Origin: an uncultured bacterium
GTDB taxonomy: Bacteria > Margulisbacteria > WOR-1 > CAVSGV01
Assembly (NCBI GenBank): GCA_963699255.1
Contig: OY969425.1
Location: 1,590,001 to 1,622,000, forward strand
DNA length: 32,000 bases
Reading direction: 5' to 3'
Shown here: positions 29,927 to 32,000 of the stretch, piece by piece
Layout of the letters: the number at the start of each line of letters is the position of its first letter
Numbering within the stretch: position 1 is the first letter of the stretch
Position numbers and translations under genes: made by a program
The notes under the pieces: model-generated
What the model was told of the DNA's origin: nothing
Database searches by the model: none
What the model saw: only the letters and a program-made list of their open reading frames with translations

Positions 29927-30205
29927 ATGAAAACAAATAAACTTAAGCTGATATTTGCCGTTGTAATCATTATTTATTCTTTTCTTGTCATATTCCATCC
30001 GCTGCTGCATTCGCATCCCATTGACGCAAAAGAACATGATGATTGTTTTGCCTGCAATTGGGATTCGTGCGTACAGGCAGCATCGAACACCCCTGAAATC
30101 TTGCTCGCAATCACATTCCTTATGTTTATTTTTCTACTTCCTTCGACTTCTCATCATCAATTTATTGCCCCGTGTTTTTCCTCCCGAGCCCCTCCATTGT
30201 CCTAG
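29927..30205 (+). CDS. Small two-TM membrane protein with a His/Cys/Asp-rich loop (paralog 2)
   Basis: 92 aa. Aligns codon-for-codon with 26864..27148 at a constant offset of 3063 nt. Loop HPLLHSHPIDAKEHDDCFACNWDSC. Confidence 0.65.
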   Translation: MKTNKLKLIFAVVIIIYSFLVIFHPLLHSHPIDAKEHDDCFACNWDSCVQAASNTPEILLAITFLMFIFLLPSTSHHQFIAPCFSSRAPPLS

Positions 30206-30248
30206 TTGATCGGCCCGAATATTCAATCAACTAACAAGGGAGGATACT

Positions 30249-31315
30249 ATGTCCAGGATAATGCTCTTATCGAGCATCTTAATAATATTATATTTTATGG
30301 CATGTCCATACGTTCTTGCGGCAACGGATGTCAATTCGAAGTACGCGAACCCGGATATGTCCGTCAATTTTCTGACGCTCTATCAAAGCGGCAACAGGGG
30401 TGGCAATTTAACGGATTTTCCGGGCGAGGCGAACGGGTTTTCATTGCAGGAAGCCGAACTGCAGTTCTTTTCGGACGTCGACCCGTATTTTCGCGCGAAT
30501 GCTTTACTGTCCGTTAGCCAAAGCTCGCCGACCTCTGAATTCGGGATTGAGCCGGAAGAGGTTTTCGTTGAAACCACAAGCATACCCGATGTTACTTTCA
30601 AGATAGGTAAGTTCAAGGCGTCGCTGGACCGGCAGAACCTGATGCACACTCACGCTCTTCCTTTCATTGACGCGTCGCTTATAGACCAAAGGATGGTAGG
30701 CGACAGCCTGAACGAAGTCGGCGTTTCTGCGGCGGTCCTTATGCCCGTCAACTGGTTCAGCGAGGTGACGGTGCAGGCGCTCCAGGGACAGAACGAGATA
30801 CTCTTCAACAGCACGAACAGGAACAGCCTGCCCAGCCTTCTTCACCTCAGAAATCTGTGGGACCTATCGGATGAGCTGACCATGGACTGGGGATTGACAG
30901 GCCTTTACGGTGCAAACAGCTATGACAAGTACACGCATGTTTACGGTTCTGATGTTACTTTCAAGTGGCAGCCGCTCGAGGGCGGAAAATACAGGGCTCT
31001 CAACTTTACGCTGGAGTATTTGTCAGGCGATATATCCGGGGATCCTGACGGCGACTTCCTCAATGGAGCGTCGACATGGCTTCAGTACAAGTTCGCGGAG
31101 GAGTGGTGGGCGCAGACAAGATACGATTACGTCAACCAGCAGGGAGACATCCCGGCGCAGAGCAAGGAGAGCTACCTGATAGTTACTCCCCTTCGGAATT
31201 CTCCGGGTTCAGGCTTCAGTACGACCATCTGGACGATGGAATAAAACCCCCGGAAGACAAGATGTCTGTGCAGATGAACATCACGATCGGTGCGCATCCG
31301 GCGCATTCATATTAA
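30249..31315 (+). pseudogene. Outer-membrane beta-barrel protein of the metal-uptake cluster, frameshifted near its 3' end
   Basis: Signal peptide MSRIMLLSSILIILYFMACPYVLA/AT with RBS AAGGGAGG. Frame 0 ends at 31244. The -1 frame (open from 31076) carries ...SEFSGFRLQYDH...MSVQMNITIGAHPAHSY* (aromatic terminus) to 31315. One extra nt around ACTCCCCTT (31185-31193, a C4 run) joins them. Confidence 0.6.
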
Positions 31316-31331
31316 AAAGGAGGAATTTATC

Positions 31332-32000
31332 ATGGTAAATATTATTAAATGTTCTGTAGCCGCTCTTTGTCTCTTTGCGGTGATGGCATCCACATCACAG
31401 GCAGAAACAAAGCTTAACGTGGTCACCACTACGCCCGACCTGGCCGTTATCGTTTCCGAGGTCGGAGGAAACTATGTTTCCGTTCAATCTCTCGCAAAAG
31501 GCACGCAGGATCCCCACTTTCTGGAGGCAAAGCCTTCTTTCATGGTAAAGGTGAACCGCGCGGACTTGGTCGTTTCGACCGGCCTTGAGCTTGAGATAGG
31601 CTGGCTGCCTCCCATACTGCAGGGGGCGAGGAACCCGAAAGTCATGCCGGGAAGCGCCGGTTATTTTGAGGCCGGCCCGTTCATAACGCCGATCGAAGTG
31701 CCGACGGCCAAGGTCACAAGGGCTGAAGGCGATATACATCCTTTTGGAAATCCGCATTTCATGCTTGATCCGATACGCGCGGGGCAGGTAGCTGTAGCTA
31801 TCGCTTCCCGTCTCGGCGAACTGGATGCGGACCATGCGGCTGTCTATAAGGAGAACGCTGAAAAACTAAAAGCTCGACTGGATAAAAAAACAAAGGGCTG
31901 GCAGGCAAGGATCAAGAAAGCTGGAGTGAACAAGATCATCACTTATCACAAGACGCTTAATTATTTCTGTGACCGGTTCGGCATAGATAATCCGATCAAC
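31332..32000 (+). CDS. znuA: ZnuA/TroA-family metal ABC transporter substrate-binding protein, 3' end outside the window
   Basis: Not in the ORF track because there is no stop in the window. RBS AAAAGGAGG, then ATG 31332. Translation MVNIIKCSVAALCLFAVMASTSQAETKLNVVTTTPDLAVIVSEVGG...GTQDPHFLEAKPS...DIHPFGNPHFMLDP...ITYHKTLNYF matches ZnuA-type motifs. The minus-strand ORF 31395..31835 is its shadow. Confidence 0.85.
   Translation, partial: MVNIIKCSVAALCLFAVMASTSQAETKLNVVTTTPDLAVIVSEVGGNYVSVQSLAKGTQDPHFLEAKPSFMVKVNRADLVVSTGLELEIGWLPPILQGARNPKVMPGSAGYFEAGPFITPIEVPTAKVTRAEGDIHPFGNPHFMLDPIRAGQVAVAIASRLGELDADHAAVYKENAEKLKARLDKKTKGWQARIKKAGVNKIITYHKTLNYFCDRFGIDNPIN

Noticed and set aside
31395-31835. 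146-aa minus-strand ORF listed in the track at the right edge
   Set aside because: It is a shadow of the plus-strand ZnuA-like gene (31332 onward). That gene has an RBS, a signal peptide and DPH/NPH metal-binding motifs, but is missing from the track only because its stop lies outside the window.

Overview
Bacterial chromosomal window, almost fully coding and mostly on the + strand. The organism looks diderm (two signal-peptide beta-barrel proteins ending in an aromatic residue) but has Firmicute-like synteny; I cannot name the taxon. No tRNA, rRNA, CRISPR array, transposase or integrase was recognised.

Layout:
(1) 1-12.2 kb: one tightly packed co-directional block, wecA (5' partial)-wecB-atpZ-atpBEFHAGDC-murA-ybeY-dgkA-pyrG. 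Many stop/start junctions overlap. Stem-loops flank atpE, and the c subunit carries a near-complete Na+-binding signature.
(2) 12.2-13.1 kb: visibly AT-richer islet with a minus-strand Fic-fold gene whose catalytic motif is degenerate.
(3) 13.1-21.7 kb: a flavodoxin-like gene, then the Pho cluster phoB-phoR-porin-pstS-pstC-pstA-pstB-phoU. Phased T(T/A)AC(A/C) repeats (candidate Pho boxes) lie upstream of the porin and of pstS. pstS and pstC each carry a frameshift. pstB carries a 5' frame disruption plus an in-frame TAG. phoB, phoR, pstA and phoU are intact. A dsrE-like gene follows phoU and is bracketed by a duplicated copy of the phoU 3' end.
(4) 21.7-21.9 kb: three strong hairpins between convergent genes.
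(5) 21.9-24.7 kb, minus strand: a 931-aa ClpC-type double AAA+ unfoldase with an N-terminal McsA-type zinc finger in the same ORF.
(6) 24.8-26.8 kb: an isolated trpB-trpA pair with an unusual 100-nt structured spacer.
(7) 26.9-32.0 kb: a metal (probably zinc) uptake island. It holds two diverged paralogs of a small His/Cys-rich two-TM protein, each heading a transport module. Module 1 is a UPF0718 permease with a His-rich loop plus a fragmented TIGR03943/DUF1980-like partner. Module 2 is a frameshifted outer-membrane barrel plus a ZnuA-like binding protein (3' partial). A ZIP transporter sits between them.

The most interesting signals are the paralogous small metal-motif membrane proteins, the McsA-finger/ClpC fusion, and the fact that all reading-frame lesions fall in nutrient-uptake genes.
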